Positions 21,348 through 31,049 of a DNA stretch of 54,394 nucleotides are shown here, piece by piece; within the stretch, counting starts at the first letter, position 1, and the number at the start of each line of letters is the position of its first letter. A model generated the notes under the pieces. The model saw only the letters and a program-made list of their open reading frames with translations, was not told where the DNA came from and made no database searches. The stretch is from a virus (Duplodnaviria; Heunggongvirae; Uroviricota; Caudoviricetes): the IMG/VR virus record IMGVR_UViG_2541047753_000004; one strand, 5' to 3'. The translations under genes were made by a program, and so were the position numbers.

Positions 21348-23081
21348 TTAAAGCGAGCGGATCCCATAGGACTCAATGTGGTCAGACAGCGTGTCTTCTT
21401 TCTCGTACAGCATGGCTCTGCCAACCGCCATAATCAGCGCAACTGCACCATCGATTTTGTTTTCCGCCTGCTCTTTGACGGGCTTCACCACATCATCGTT
21501 ACCCGGAATGGTTTTGCCGACCACGTTGCCGATACACCAGGTCATGATGGGATTGCCATCATGATGAAAGCGCCCCGATTCAATTGCCGCTTCCAGCTCT
21601 TTCATCGGGTCGGACATGTTGGTGTAGTTCTGAATGATAGTGATGGGGTTCAGGTCTTCATCAGCAAGGTCATGTGACAATCCGGTCGCCCCGAAGGGGT
21701 CGATGGGTGACTCACTGACCGGGCTGATTTTGTTCGCCGCTTTGGCCTCCTCGAGGATGTAGCGATAATCCACCTCCGCACCATCGGTAACGGTCAGAAC
21801 GCCCATTTCCACCCATTTCTGAAAGCGTTCGGCTGTCCGTCGATCTTCATTTTTCTCGACGCTGTACACCGTGTCATACGGTACCCAGAAACGCGGGGCC
21901 ACACTGTAGTAATGCGTTTTACCGTCAATCTCGCGGGTATAAAGTCGCGCCATGCTGTTCATATCCAGCTTACGCGCCAGGTCAAAGGCCAGAATGCACG
22001 GCTGCCCCTCGAACTGCTCAAGGGTCAGTGATTTATCCTCGCAGCTCTGCCAGCTCACCAGGTTGAAATACGCCGAACGCGCCGACACCCAGATATTGAG
22101 GTGTTTTGTTTTAAAGACGTTTGCCAGACGGGCGTTATTTTTCGCACGCTGCTGCTGACTTAACAAAAATTCGCGATAAACCGACACGCCAATATTTGGA
22201 TTGGCTTTTTCCAGCACCTGCGGGTCGGTCCAGTCGTCACCTTCATCAACGGTATAGATGATCCCGAACAGTTCATCGTTGGGTACCGACCCGTTGAGCA
22301 TCTCGATAACTTCCCGCCGCTTGTCGTAGCACGGCCCCTCAATGTTGTACCCGGCAGTAGTAATGGCCCACATCAGTGGCTGACGTCGCGCCCCCATCCC
22401 GGTAAGCATCGTGGTGTAAAGCGCATCGGTGGCGTGCTCGTGATATTCATCCACCACCGCACAGTGGGGTGATGATCCATCACCGGGGTTACCGATCAGC
22501 GGTTCAAACCGCGCGCCATCCTCCGGACGGTTCATGTTTGAGGCGTTAACCTCAATCCCGAACGCTTCCGTCAGCATGGGTGTGCGTTTACACATCAGTC
22601 GCGCCGGGCGAAAGACTTCCCACGCCTGTTTCTCTGTCGTGGCACCGGAATACACTTCCGCGCCAAACTCGTTATCACAGGCAAAACAATACAGGGCGAC
22701 ACCGGCAGAGATTGCCGATTTGCCGTTCTTACGGGGGATTTCGGTATACACCTCCCGGAAGCGGCGCAGCCGGGTACCTTTATTGACCCAGCCAAACGCA
22801 CAGCAGATCACAAAGAGCTGCCACGGCTCCAGCGTGATGGGCATCCGTTTGAATGCCCACTCACCCTTGGTATGCGGCAACAGCTGAATAAATTTGGCGG
22901 CCCGTTCAGCCAGGTCCTTGTCGAAGCGGTAACGAAACGACTTACTTTTTTCCGCCATCAGGTCATCAAGATGGCGCTGGCAGGCCTGAATCACAAACTG
23001 GCAGGCCACAATCTTTCCGCGCACGACATCACGGGCATACTGATTGGCTGCATTTACGTTGGGGTAAGATTTCCGGCTCAT
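21348..23081 (-). CDS. Terminase large subunit
   Basis: 577 aa; ATPase region with Walker A-like segment EIPRKNGKS and C-terminal nuclease domain; follows small subunit. Confidence 0.9.
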
Positions 23082-23094
23082 GATTCGATGATTT

Positions 23095-23580
23095 TCAGAT
23101 TGTCAGAAACGGGTTAGTGGCTTTCTTCTTCCCCGCCAGGCCAATCAGACGCTGGCGGCTGCTGGGGTCGAGTCCGAGCATTGCCCCCGTGCTGCTCATC
23201 TCGGACTCCTGTTCTTTTTTGGCGGTCAGCTCCGGATTTTTGACCATGCCGCCCATTGCACCGGTGATGGTGTTGCCCTGTCTGGCAATATTTTTCACGG
23301 CACGTCGCCAGAATTCATAGGCCACACACCACCGCTCAAGTACCGCCAGGTCAGTCACGCACAGCAGGCCCTGACCGCAGAGTTCTTTGGTTGTCAGTTG
23401 CCACATGATCGTGGCGAGAGGGAGATCTTCTTCAGCGAACCACTCCGGTGGCTCAACACCTTTGATGGGCGTAAAAACAGGTTCATCTTTATTCAGGGCT
23501 CGCTTGCCGGGGTTTCCGGCCAGCGCCTTGCGCGCCGTTGGCTTGGGGCGACGCCCGGAACGCCCCGCCGTTCCAGCCAT
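23095..23580 (-). CDS. Terminase small subunit (P27-family-like)
   Basis: Starts [14 protein letters not shown], typical of P27-family small terminases. Confidence 0.75.
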   Translation of the reverse strand: MAGTAGRSGRRPKPTARKALAGNPGKRALNKDEPVFTPIKGVEPPEWFAEEDLPLATIMWQLTTKELCGQGLLCVTDLAVLERWCVAYEFWRRAVKNIARQGNTITGAMGGMVKNPELTAKKEQESEMSSTGAMLGLDPSSRQRLIGLAGKKKATNPFLTI

Positions 23581-23705
23581 ATGCGGCACTCCTGGTTAAA
23601 TTTCATTTTTCGCGGGTATAAAAAAACGATGGGGCGGGCAGTCCGGAAGACGTCAGGTCACAGAGATTTGACCCGCCCCTCCCCTCAGACAGTCGAGAAT
23701 TATTA

Positions 23706-24056
23706 TCACTTAAGTCGTTCACGGGCCGTCTTCGCCTTATGACACGGCCAGCACAGACTCTGCAGATTACAGTCGGCATCAGTGCCGCCATGCGCTTTAG
23801 GGATGATGTGGTCAACGGTTTTCGCCTCACGCACCACACCAGCACGCAGACATAACTGACACAGGCCTTTGTCACGCTTCAGGACACCCGCGCGGATACT
23901 GTCCCACTTCGAACCATAACCGCGCTGATGACGGGATTGTCCTGGCTTGTATTGCTTCCAGCCCTCGCTTTTGTGGCTTTCGCAATAGCCTGACGGATCA
24001 GTAGTGGTATTGCGGCAACCGCGAAAACGGCAGGCTTTTGGGGTTCGTGGTGGCAT
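23706..24056 (-). CDS. HNH endonuclease
   Basis: 116 aa with CxxC...HIIPKAHGG...CWPCHKAK zinc-finger/HNH motif; immediately upstream of terminase genes. Confidence 0.8.
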   Translation of the reverse strand: MPPRTPKACRFRGCRNTTTDPSGYCESHKSEGWKQYKPGQSRHQRGYGSKWDSIRAGVLKRDKGLCQLCLRAGVVREAKTVDHIIPKAHGGTDADCNLQSLCWPCHKAKTARERLK

Positions 24057-24222
24057 TTATATCCCCTCTTTGGTGCACGCTTACAATGCGTAAAAAAGCC
24101 TCGCATTAGCGAGGCTCGTTTATATCTTGAAGGTGAATACTTATTGTCTTATCTATCCACGGGAAACATTAAGATTATTACACCCGTTAGTTGGGAAATA
24201 AAACAAAATGCAGGTGGTTTAT

Positions 24223-24447
24223 TTATTCTTTGCTGATTGCTTTCTGAATGGCATCGGCTAATGGTTCAATTAAGCCAATAGCTGCTTTTAATTCCTGTTC
24301 AAATTTTGCACTTGTAGCCTGACCACCTGCAGAAGAAAGTGAGGCCTTAACTAATTCAAGGGCAGCTTGAACAGCTATAACCCTCTGTTTTTGAGCTTGA
24401 GTTACAGGCTGAGCACCTATTCCTGAAGGGAAATAATTCTCTAACAT
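24223..24447 (-). CDS. Small hypothetical protein
   Basis: 74-aa helical ORF between lysis cassette and HNH gene. Confidence 0.3.
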   Translation of the reverse strand: MLENYFPSGIGAQPVTQAQKQRVIAVQAALELVKASLSSAGGQATSAKFEQELKAAIGLIEPLADAIQKAISKE

Positions 24448-24714
24448 TACAACCTCCGTATTAAAAAGTGAGGTTACACATTACCCTTAAGATTACTCTT
24501 AGTGAAGAGGTATCTCATAATTATCACCCTTACCAATAACGCTTGATGAAATTTGTAATGGACTGGCTCTTATTTCAACGCAACCACTTACCGCGCGCCA
24601 GATGCTTAACCTCAAACATTAGCAATGAGATGTTTAATCTGAATCCACTCCAGAAGTAATCACCACTCTGTCTACAGGGCCTGATGTGAAGGATGATGAG
24701 TAAAATTATCGCTA

Positions 24715-25176
24715 TCATCGAAGGCATTGCGTCCTGATGTACTCCTGCAGGTAGTTAACCTGTGCGGTTATCCTGTCGATTCCACTTCGGAGACGGTAAT
24801 AATTGAGTTCAGCATCTGCTGTAAGTCCTGGGCTTTCTCCATCGCCCATGCCGCTGGCTCTGGTCGTTGATTTTGCACAGGTGGCGGCGACTTGCAGGCG
24901 CTTACGCCCAGAAGAAACATCAGCACGGAGACTTTCGATAGTCGCGTTAGCATCAGCAAGCTCCTTTGTGTATCTGGCGTCAAGTTCTGCTACGTCACGT
25001 TGACGCTTCTGCATATCAGAGATAGTCGCCATAGCCGAATCTAATGCCATAGCATTCTCATCACGCTGCTTTTTGTATTCGATGGCTTTGCTGTGGTAAT
25101 AATTTGCTGAACAGATAAAAGAACCAATGACAGTAACGAAGAATGCAGCGATAACCAGCTTATAGCTCAACTTCAT
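24715..25176 (-). CDS. Rz: i-spanin Rz
   Basis: 153 aa, N-terminal TM then coiled coil; ...YKKQRDENA...DMQKRQRDVAELDARYTKELADA closely parallels lambda Rz. Confidence 0.85.
   Translation of the reverse strand: MKLSYKLVIAAFFVTVIGSFICSANYYHSKAIEYKKQRDENAMALDSAMATISDMQKRQRDVAELDARYTKELADANATIESLRADVSSGRKRLQVAATCAKSTTRASGMGDGESPGLTADAELNYYRLRSGIDRITAQVNYLQEYIRTQCLR
24768..24983 (-). CDS. Rz1: o-spanin Rz1 (embedded in Rz, +1 frame)
   Basis: Lipobox LLGVSAC followed by Pro-rich segment; fully embedded in Rz. Confidence 0.7.
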   Translation of the reverse strand: MTPDTQRSLLMLTRLSKVSVLMFLLGVSACKSPPPVQNQRPEPAAWAMEKAQDLQQMLNSIITVSEVESTG

Positions 25177-25636
25177 TTACCACCCCGCCAGCCTCTTTGA
25201 ATCGGGCAATCAGGTCACCGATTTTATGTTCATACTGACCGTAACCAGCGCCCGGCAGTGAAGCCCAGATATTGCTGCAACGATCGATAGCCTGACGAAT
25301 ATCGCCGCGATCAATCATCGGTAAAGCGCCACGCTCTTTAATCTGCTGCAATGCCACAGCATCCTGGCTTTTTGGAGAGAAGTCTTTCAGCCCAAGCTGC
25401 TTGCGGTAAGCATCCCACCAGCGTGAAAGAAGTTGATAACGGCCTGCAGCTGTTGATTTGAGTTTGGGGTTTAGCGTGACAAGTTTGCGAGGGTGATCGG
25501 AGTAATCAGTGAATAGTTCACCACCGACAATAATATCATAACCGTGGTTACGTGTCGGTTGTCGCCCGTTATCCGTTCCTTCTGACCATGCCACCATATC
25601 GAGGAAAGCTTTACGCTGAGGATTAAGATTTTGCAT
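25160..25636 (-). CDS. R: Endolysin, lambda R-like lytic transglycosylase
   Basis: 158 aa; QRKAFLDMVAWSEGTDNGRQPTRNHGYDIIVGGELFTDYSDHPRK nearly identical to lambda R as I recall it. Confidence 0.9.
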   Translation of the reverse strand: MQNLNPQRKAFLDMVAWSEGTDNGRQPTRNHGYDIIVGGELFTDYSDHPRKLVTLNPKLKSTAAGRYQLLSRWWDAYRKQLGLKDFSPKSQDAVALQQIKERGALPMIDRGDIRQAIDRCSNIWASLPGAGYGQYEHKIGDLIARFKEAGGVVNEVEL

Positions 25637-26027
25637 TTTTCACCCCTGTCAGTCGTTCCCAGAAGTACGTCAGTGCAACCGAACCCATCGCACCACTAAT
25701 CCCCGCTGTCGCGAGAATCATGTAAATACTGAATCCACTTTCGATGCTGATCAGGCCACCAATAACACCGGTGAATCCTGATACCACTATCTGAGCCAGA
25801 GCATTTATCCAACTCCACGTTGCTTTACTCTGCTTCACATCTATCAGGTAGCGGACCAGACCGCCCCAACCTGCGATGATCAGCAAAACGAGCCAGAACG
25901 CTCCAGCAAGATTCTCTTTTTCGTGCATATGAATAGCCGCAGTTTCGCCTCCGACAGAAAATCGGAGCGTGAAATGATATGTTGATTTATTATTAATTCG
26001 AAAATTACATTCTAATTCATCAGGCAT
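25623..26027 (-). CDS. Holin
   Basis: Immediately upstream of endolysin; three hydrophobic helices; true start may be the internal MHEKEN at 25928. Confidence 0.7.
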   Translation of the reverse strand: MPDELECNFRINNKSTYHFTLRFSVGGETAAIHMHEKENLAGAFWLVLLIIAGWGGLVRYLIDVKQSKATWSWINALAQIVVSGFTGVIGGLISIESGFSIYMILATAGISGAMGSVALTYFWERLTGVKNAKS

Positions 26028-26044
26028 TGATGATTTTATAATAA

Positions 26045-26069
26045 TAAAGGCCGTTCGTTACGGCCTTTA
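26045..26069 (-). terminator. Intrinsic terminator-like hairpin between cargo gene and holin
   Basis: AAAGGCCG ttcgtta CGGCCTTT with T-rich flanks. Confidence 0.5.
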
Positions 26070-26079
26070 TTATTGATAT

Positions 26080-26415
26080 TTATTTTACATCCCAAGGTAG
26101 TTCCTCAAGAGAGAAGACTAATTCATTATCAATAATTTCGTATTCTGCATAACCTTCAACCTCTCCTGAGAAGTTATTGTCAACGCATCCTTCATAATAG
26201 CTATATGGTGCTATAAAGTGAAACCCATATTCATCTATCTCTGTGATTTCAAAATTGTAGTAATCGTAAGAATATCGAATATCATCATCAGAAATAGAAC
26301 TAAGTACATAGTTATTAAATTTATCGGAATGCTTAACGATAAGCTCTGACAACGCGTCAAGATTCTCTGGAGAGATATTTCCTAACGGTAATCTGTACTC
26401 AACGGCATTAATCAT
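26080..26415 (-). CDS. Hypothetical acidic protein (late-operon cargo gene)
   Basis: 111 aa, AT-rich codon usage unlike flanking phage genes, strong SD AAAGGAGG; between Q-associated terminator and holin. Confidence 0.5.
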   Translation of the reverse strand: MINAVEYRLPLGNISPENLDALSELIVKHSDKFNNYVLSSISDDDIRYSYDYYNFEITEIDEYGFHFIAPYSYYEGCVDNNFSGEVEGYAEYEIIDNELVFSLEELPWDVK

Positions 26416-26472
26416 ACAACCTCCTTTTTAACTGATATGGGGTTATATAATGTGTTTCAGTACAAGTAAATA

Positions 26473-26495
26473 AAAACCCGCTCAACAGCGGGTTC
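26473..26495 (-). terminator. tR'-like intrinsic terminator downstream of Q
   Basis: Minus strand AACCCGCTGTTGAGCGGGTTTTTATTT. Confidence 0.55.
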
Positions 26496-26540
26496 GTGAA
26501 AATTATCAACGGCAGACATACAAAGCCCATCGTTGAGAAA

Positions 26541-26569
26541 ATCTTATCCATATTTTTTGAAAAATGCAA
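26541..26569 (-). promoter_or_regulatory. Candidate late promoter pR' (-35 TTGCAT, 17-nt spacer, -10 TAAGAT)
   Basis: Sigma-70-like hexamers read on the minus strand between Q stop and terminator. Confidence 0.35.
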
Positions 26570-26600
26570 GCTTCATGTCGCCATCTTCGGCGAAAATCAC

Positions 26601-27359
26601 TTATCTCGTCACCTTTCTCAATTGTGTTTCAGCATATGCTTCTTCCTGCCAGCACTTTGTTACCAGTTTATCAATGACGTCTGCATATCCTTTGTACCAC
26701 TGATAATCAGTCAGGTCTGGAACCAGCTTCTGGACATGACGTCGTGCCAGTGTAGTTGGTAAACGGCTAAACCGGTTTCCATTGCAACGCCCACAAATCT
26801 TATAAACAGGCGTGCCATGAAGCCGGGTCCTTTTTTCATCCAGGACAATACCTTTACCCTTACACCCTCTGCACGCTGTGCTGACTTCTCCCTTACCATG
26901 ACAATGCTGGCATAGTTCCTTCACCCACTCTTCCTTGATAACAGATTCCCCGCTTCTGGAGTGTTTCACCACCTCGCGCAATACATTATGAAATCCAGTA
27001 CCAGCACAATGCTCACAGCGAGCCTTACTTGCCGCAGACCTGGAATAATCAGCAAAGGCAAAATTCACAAGGTAAGGAATGATCTGTAGCCGGGTTTCTT
27101 CACTCAATTTATTCAATGTCGGGTTATCCAGTGCCATCGCGTAATTGAGCAGACCTTCAATCGCAAACTGAGGATCCTGAACACCAACTTTTGCCAGGAA
27201 TAAGGCAAACCCAAGCGGTGCTTTCGACTGCACCATCCCCTGCGCAGCCATCACATCCGTAATCGTTAAACCACCAGAGCCTGTCGCCGGTGCGTCATCG
27301 CTCAGTTTTGGAGATTTCGGGGAGTAATATTTCGGTAAGGCTTCAAGGTTCATGCTCAT
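26601..27359 (-). CDS. Q: Antitermination protein Q (phage 82 Q-like family)
   Basis: 252 aa with repeated CxxCxGxG zinc-finger motifs; located before late promoter/terminator and lysis genes. Confidence 0.7.
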   Translation of the reverse strand: MSMNLEALPKYYSPKSPKLSDDAPATGSGGLTITDVMAAQGMVQSKAPLGFALFLAKVGVQDPQFAIEGLLNYAMALDNPTLNKLSEETRLQIIPYLVNFAFADYSRSAASKARCEHCAGTGFHNVLREVVKHSRSGESVIKEEWVKELCQHCHGKGEVSTACRGCKGKGIVLDEKRTRLHGTPVYKICGRCNGNRFSRLPTTLARRHVQKLVPDLTDYQWYKGYADVIDKLVTKCWQEEAYAETQLRKVTR

Positions 27360-27366
27360 TCTCCAC

Positions 27367-28362
27367 TTACGCCAGTACGCCTATTGCCAGCGCACGATCG
27401 ATAAAACGAAATATCAGCTCCAGCTGGGAACCATACTTCTCTTCAAATGCCACGGTATCCGCATGCAGCTCGTCGTGATGCTTTCTGCACAAAGGCAACA
27501 CAAAGAGGTCATGCGCTTTTGTACCCATTCCCCCCTGACCGTGGCCTATCAGGTGGTGGGGATCATCAGCAGCCTTTCCACAACATGCACACGGCTGTGT
27601 CTTAACCCAGCGTGTGTACTTTTCATTAACCCAGCGGCGACGTTTTGGGCGTAACATAAAAGACTCCGGCGACTCCGGATCCACTTTCAGCGCCAGCACC
27701 TTTTTCGCCTTATCCTGGATGATGCTGGTGGCAGGAACCGAAGGCACAAGGTCACTTTCCCGGGTGACAGACGGCACAACAGGCTTCGGTAATCTCAGTG
27801 CCTTACGGGCTGCACTTTCCGGTAAGGCATCCGCCAGGTCATTACGAATCAGCCACCAGCACAGTTCCGGCATTGTCACAACGTGACTATCATCAAAACC
27901 GAGATCCCGACGCACAACAGACAACACCCAGCGGGCACAGTTATCCGTTGCCATTGATTCCAGCCGTTCCGTGAACTGATCGCGCAGCTGGTTATCGCAG
28001 TGCCAGCACAGACGGATTGCGCCCGGCGCGTGTCGCATTGTTGTCATGTTCTCGCTGTGCCAGTCGGAATGAGGCCACTGGCAGCCTTTTTCACGAAGTA
28101 ACCAGCTTTCAAGACATTCCACGCCACCAGCACGACGGATCACTGCCTCATTGCGGAACACGGCCCGAACGTCAGGATCATCCGCCAGCGGTTGTGATGC
28201 CGCCGGAACAGCACCACTGGCGAAAGATGAATAACGTTCCGGCTCAGGCTCCAGCAGGACACGCCCCTGCATAAACAGGGGCATCAGCTCTGAACCTGGT
28301 CTGAACAATACGATCCCCATACGCGGGGCAATTTCAGGGGTCAGTAGTGCTCTCACGGTCAC
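27367..28362 (-). CDS. DUF968-family prophage protein (YdfU-like)
   Basis: 331 aa with C-terminal Cys/His cluster CACCG...HHLIGHG...CRKHHDELH; position in nin-like region. Confidence 0.6.
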   Translation of the reverse strand: MTVRALLTPEIAPRMGIVLFRPGSELMPLFMQGRVLLEPEPERYSSFASGAVPAASQPLADDPDVRAVFRNEAVIRRAGGVECLESWLLREKGCQWPHSDWHSENMTTMRHAPGAIRLCWHCDNQLRDQFTERLESMATDNCARWVLSVVRRDLGFDDSHVVTMPELCWWLIRNDLADALPESAARKALRLPKPVVPSVTRESDLVPSVPATSIIQDKAKKVLALKVDPESPESFMLRPKRRRWVNEKYTRWVKTQPCACCGKAADDPHHLIGHGQGGMGTKAHDLFVLPLCRKHHDELHADTVAFEEKYGSQLELIFRFIDRALAIGVLA

Positions 28363-28363
28363 C

Positions 28364-29173
28364 TCAATGAACGGTATCGAGCAGCTTTAACAGCTCAGGG
28401 AATCGGGATTCGAAGAAATGCGGCTGCGTCTCACGCGGATTTGCGGGACTGGTGATGTTCTTGCCGAACATGCAGCCTTTCGCCGTCAGCGACCAGAATT
28501 TTTTGATGTTGTTAATCGCGGTACGGCTGTATCGTTCGCGCTGCTCGACGATCCCCAGTTTCACCATCTGGTGATATGCCTGATTAGCCGTCAGGCGGAT
28601 ACCATACTGCTTCAGCAGTGCACTCAGTGACAGCGTGGGGCGGCTTGAGCCATCAGGCGCGTCAGCAGGAGCATCAATGGCATAGCGCGGTGCCAGATTC
28701 GGTAAGCCAACAGCCTCCTGGAGTTTCTGACAGGCACCAAGCACTGAAGAGTTAGACAGGTTTAACTCCCGGCGCATAAAGTCCAGCAGGATCACGCCAG
28801 CCTGCATCTTGTCAGCAGCCTGCCCGGATAATTTTTCCGGTGCGCTGGTTACCATATCGAAAGTACGGATCACCTTCAGATGGAATGACGGGCTGATCCA
28901 CATTGCATAGGCATACACCAGTTCTTTGCAGACATACGTCCCCTGGTTATTTCCGCCATTAATGACGCTAACTGGTTGATTTTGTTCCAGAGGCGGAATT
29001 CCACCCTCGGTGAAAAGTTGTTCAATCAATTCACAGGTTTGCTTATTGGAGAGCCAGTATTTCGGGCGGTTTTTTTGTTCTCCCCCGGCTGCCCTGTGCA
29101 GATCGTTCAGGCTGTAACGCCCATAAGCATCACGACGAACTTCAATACCATCAATAACCATCAGATTATTCAT
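28364..29173 (-). CDS. KilA-N domain protein / antirepressor-like
   Basis: 269 aa; N-terminal MNNLMVIDGIEVRRDAYGRYSLNDLHRAAGG typical of KilA-N. Confidence 0.65.
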   Translation of the reverse strand: MNNLMVIDGIEVRRDAYGRYSLNDLHRAAGGEQKNRPKYWLSNKQTCELIEQLFTEGGIPPLEQNQPVSVINGGNNQGTYVCKELVYAYAMWISPSFHLKVIRTFDMVTSAPEKLSGQAADKMQAGVILLDFMRRELNLSNSSVLGACQKLQEAVGLPNLAPRYAIDAPADAPDGSSRPTLSLSALLKQYGIRLTANQAYHQMVKLGIVEQRERYSRTAINNIKKFWSLTAKGCMFGKNITSPANPRETQPHFFESRFPELLKLLDTVH

Positions 29174-29192
29174 ACTTCGTTTCTCCTCTTAA

Positions 29193-29582
29193 TCAGGCGG
29201 CTGCACCCGCCGGTTTCTCATACTTACTGATAGTGATCTCGACCTTCCCTTTCGGGATAACCGGTCCCCACTCCACCAGCATTCTTTTCACCTGTCTGTC
29301 GTCTTCCCACACACCCGCGTGGGTCAGGGCGTCAAACAGCGCCTTGTTATAGTTGTCCAGATCGCGGATCCGGTTATCCGGAGGAAACAACACGATCTCC
29401 ACTGAAGCAGGTGCCGACGTTGGTTTTGGCAGACGACGTAACTGCTCAACTATTGCTGCGCACGCCGCGCTCTGAAATTTTCGCCCCGCCGCGCTTATCA
29501 GGCTCTTACCAGCAAATGCCCCTTTGTTGGGGTGTCGCCAGTAGGTGTTCACGCTGGGCGGGAAAGGCAGGATCAGCTTCAT
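29193..29582 (-). CDS. rusA: Holliday junction resolvase RusA
   Basis: 129 aa; PPSVNTYW...RDLDNYNKALFDALTHAGVWEDDRQV matches RusA catalytic region. Confidence 0.85.
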   Translation of the reverse strand: MKLILPFPPSVNTYWRHPNKGAFAGKSLISAAGRKFQSAACAAIVEQLRRLPKPTSAPASVEIVLFPPDNRIRDLDNYNKALFDALTHAGVWEDDRQVKRMLVEWGPVIPKGKVEITISKYEKPAGAAA

Positions 29583-29905
29583 ACTTTCAGGCCCCTCTCA
29601 TGTAACCAGTGGGCTGCACGCAGCCTGGCGTTTTCCTCACCGACAAGCAGTGAGCGGATAATCCCGACCGCCTCGCTGTCGTCGTCCTTCACCGCGGTAT
29701 GAAGCGTGATCCCCCGGGCCACACCACGCTTTATCGTGATGACGCCTTTTTTCTCCAGTGCGCGAAGATGCTCCACCGCTGCATTCACCGAACGGTATCC
29801 CAGCATGGTTGCCACCTCCTGATTGGTTGGCGGGAAGCCACGCTCTTTCTGATAAGAAATCAGCATATCCAGCACCTGCTGCTGGCATTGAGTTAACGTC
29901 GTCAT
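29579..29905 (-). CDS. LexA N-terminal DNA-binding-domain protein (no peptidase domain)
   Basis: LTQCQQQVLDMLISYQKERGFPPTNQEVATMLGYRSVNAAVEHLRALEKKGVI parallels the LexA winged HTH; only 108 aa. Confidence 0.6.
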   Translation of the reverse strand: MTTLTQCQQQVLDMLISYQKERGFPPTNQEVATMLGYRSVNAAVEHLRALEKKGVITIKRGVARGITLHTAVKDDDSEAVGIIRSLLVGEENARLRAAHWLHERGLKV

Positions 29906-30555
29906 GCCGCCATCTCCCTGACCAGCTTTTCCGCCTGCAGGCGAACCTGCGCCAGAAACGCCTCACCACATGCCTCAAGTTCATCGCGCCCGATGTAGCT
30001 GATTGCCGGTCCCTTCCAGGTCTTGTCGAAAACAGCAATAGCACCAGCGAAGAAAGCGCCTGTCGGCACCTGCTTCTCATCCTTCGGGATAAACCAGGCA
30101 GGCAGTTCAAAACCAATACGCCCGCGAATAAAAGCAATATGATCTGCATCTTCCGGCCACCACACTTCGCTGGTGGCAGCTTTGATCAGGAAAACATAGC
30201 GCCCGCCCTTATCACGCATGGCACTGGCATGCTTCATGATGTAACGCATGCCGGTGATGTATTGCCCCTCATGCTGACTGGCGCGGCTGTATGGGGGATT
30301 TCCAAAGGCAGCACCTTTAAGCTCCGCAAGGCGTTCTGACCAGTCATGCGCCAGCGCGTTGTCTTCCGCCGTGTAATACGCAGCACATTTGGCGTTATCA
30401 CCGTCAGTGAACAGATCCAGAACAAACGGACCAAACAGGGTGTTAATTCCCCAGAAAATGTTGTCCGGCGTGCGCCACTGATCGCCCACTTCCTTCAGTT
30501 CATGGGCTGGTTTGTTCCGCAGTTCCACCAGCTCCTGGCAATATTTATTACTCAT
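29902..30555 (-). CDS. Phage N6-adenine DNA methyltransferase (orphan)
   Basis: FGNPPYS (NPPY) motif; phage orphan MTase architecture. Confidence 0.8.
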   Translation of the reverse strand: MSNKYCQELVELRNKPAHELKEVGDQWRTPDNIFWGINTLFGPFVLDLFTDGDNAKCAAYYTAEDNALAHDWSERLAELKGAAFGNPPYSRASQHEGQYITGMRYIMKHASAMRDKGGRYVFLIKAATSEVWWPEDADHIAFIRGRIGFELPAWFIPKDEKQVPTGAFFAGAIAVFDKTWKGPAISYIGRDELEACGEAFLAQVRLQAEKLVREMAA

Positions 30556-31049
30556 TAAGCCCCCACGTAATTCCCTGACAGATACCACTCTTCACCTGAT
30601 GCAGCCCGCTTACTGCTTTTCCGTAAACACCGTTCACGACGCGCCAGAAAATTGTTTCGTTCTGGCTGGGAGTAGCTTTCACGGAATGCCGCCATCCACA
30701 CCGTTGCAGCACGACGGTATAAGCCCCTGGACTCCAGTTCTTCCGCCTGGCGGGTCAGGCACAAAATCACCCGGGGATCGTTAGTGCCGACATAGAAATT
30801 GCGCACAGGTCTGGTTTCACGAACTGGTTGTGGTTCCGGCTCCTGCGCTCTCTCAGTCAGGCGTGGGAAATGTCTGCGTGTATCTCCTTCACAACGGTGA
30901 GCCACACGCCCACTCTGACGTAACTTGCTTGCTGACTGCAGAACGCGCTGCCGTGAGTAACCTGCAAAAGCATCCGCAATGTCTCCGGAAGTACAGCCCG
31001 GATGGGCTTCAATGAATTTCTGAACGTCATTCAAAAGACTCATGATCAC
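30555..31049 (-). CDS. Hypothetical regulator, PerC-like C-terminal region
   Basis: ESRGLYRRAATVWMAAF resembles the PerC family signature as I recall it. Confidence 0.4.
   Translation of the reverse strand: MIMSLLNDVQKFIEAHPGCTSGDIADAFAGYSRQRVLQSASKLRQSGRVAHRCEGDTRRHFPRLTERAQEPEPQPVRETRPVRNFYVGTNDPRVILCLTRQAEELESRGLYRRAATVWMAAFRESYSQPERNNFLARRERCLRKSSKRAASGEEWYLSGNYVGA

Noticed and set aside
23603-23875. 90-aa minus-strand ORF
   Set aside because: Overlaps the HNH endonuclease gene in another frame and spans the intergenic cos-proximal region; no SD and odd composition
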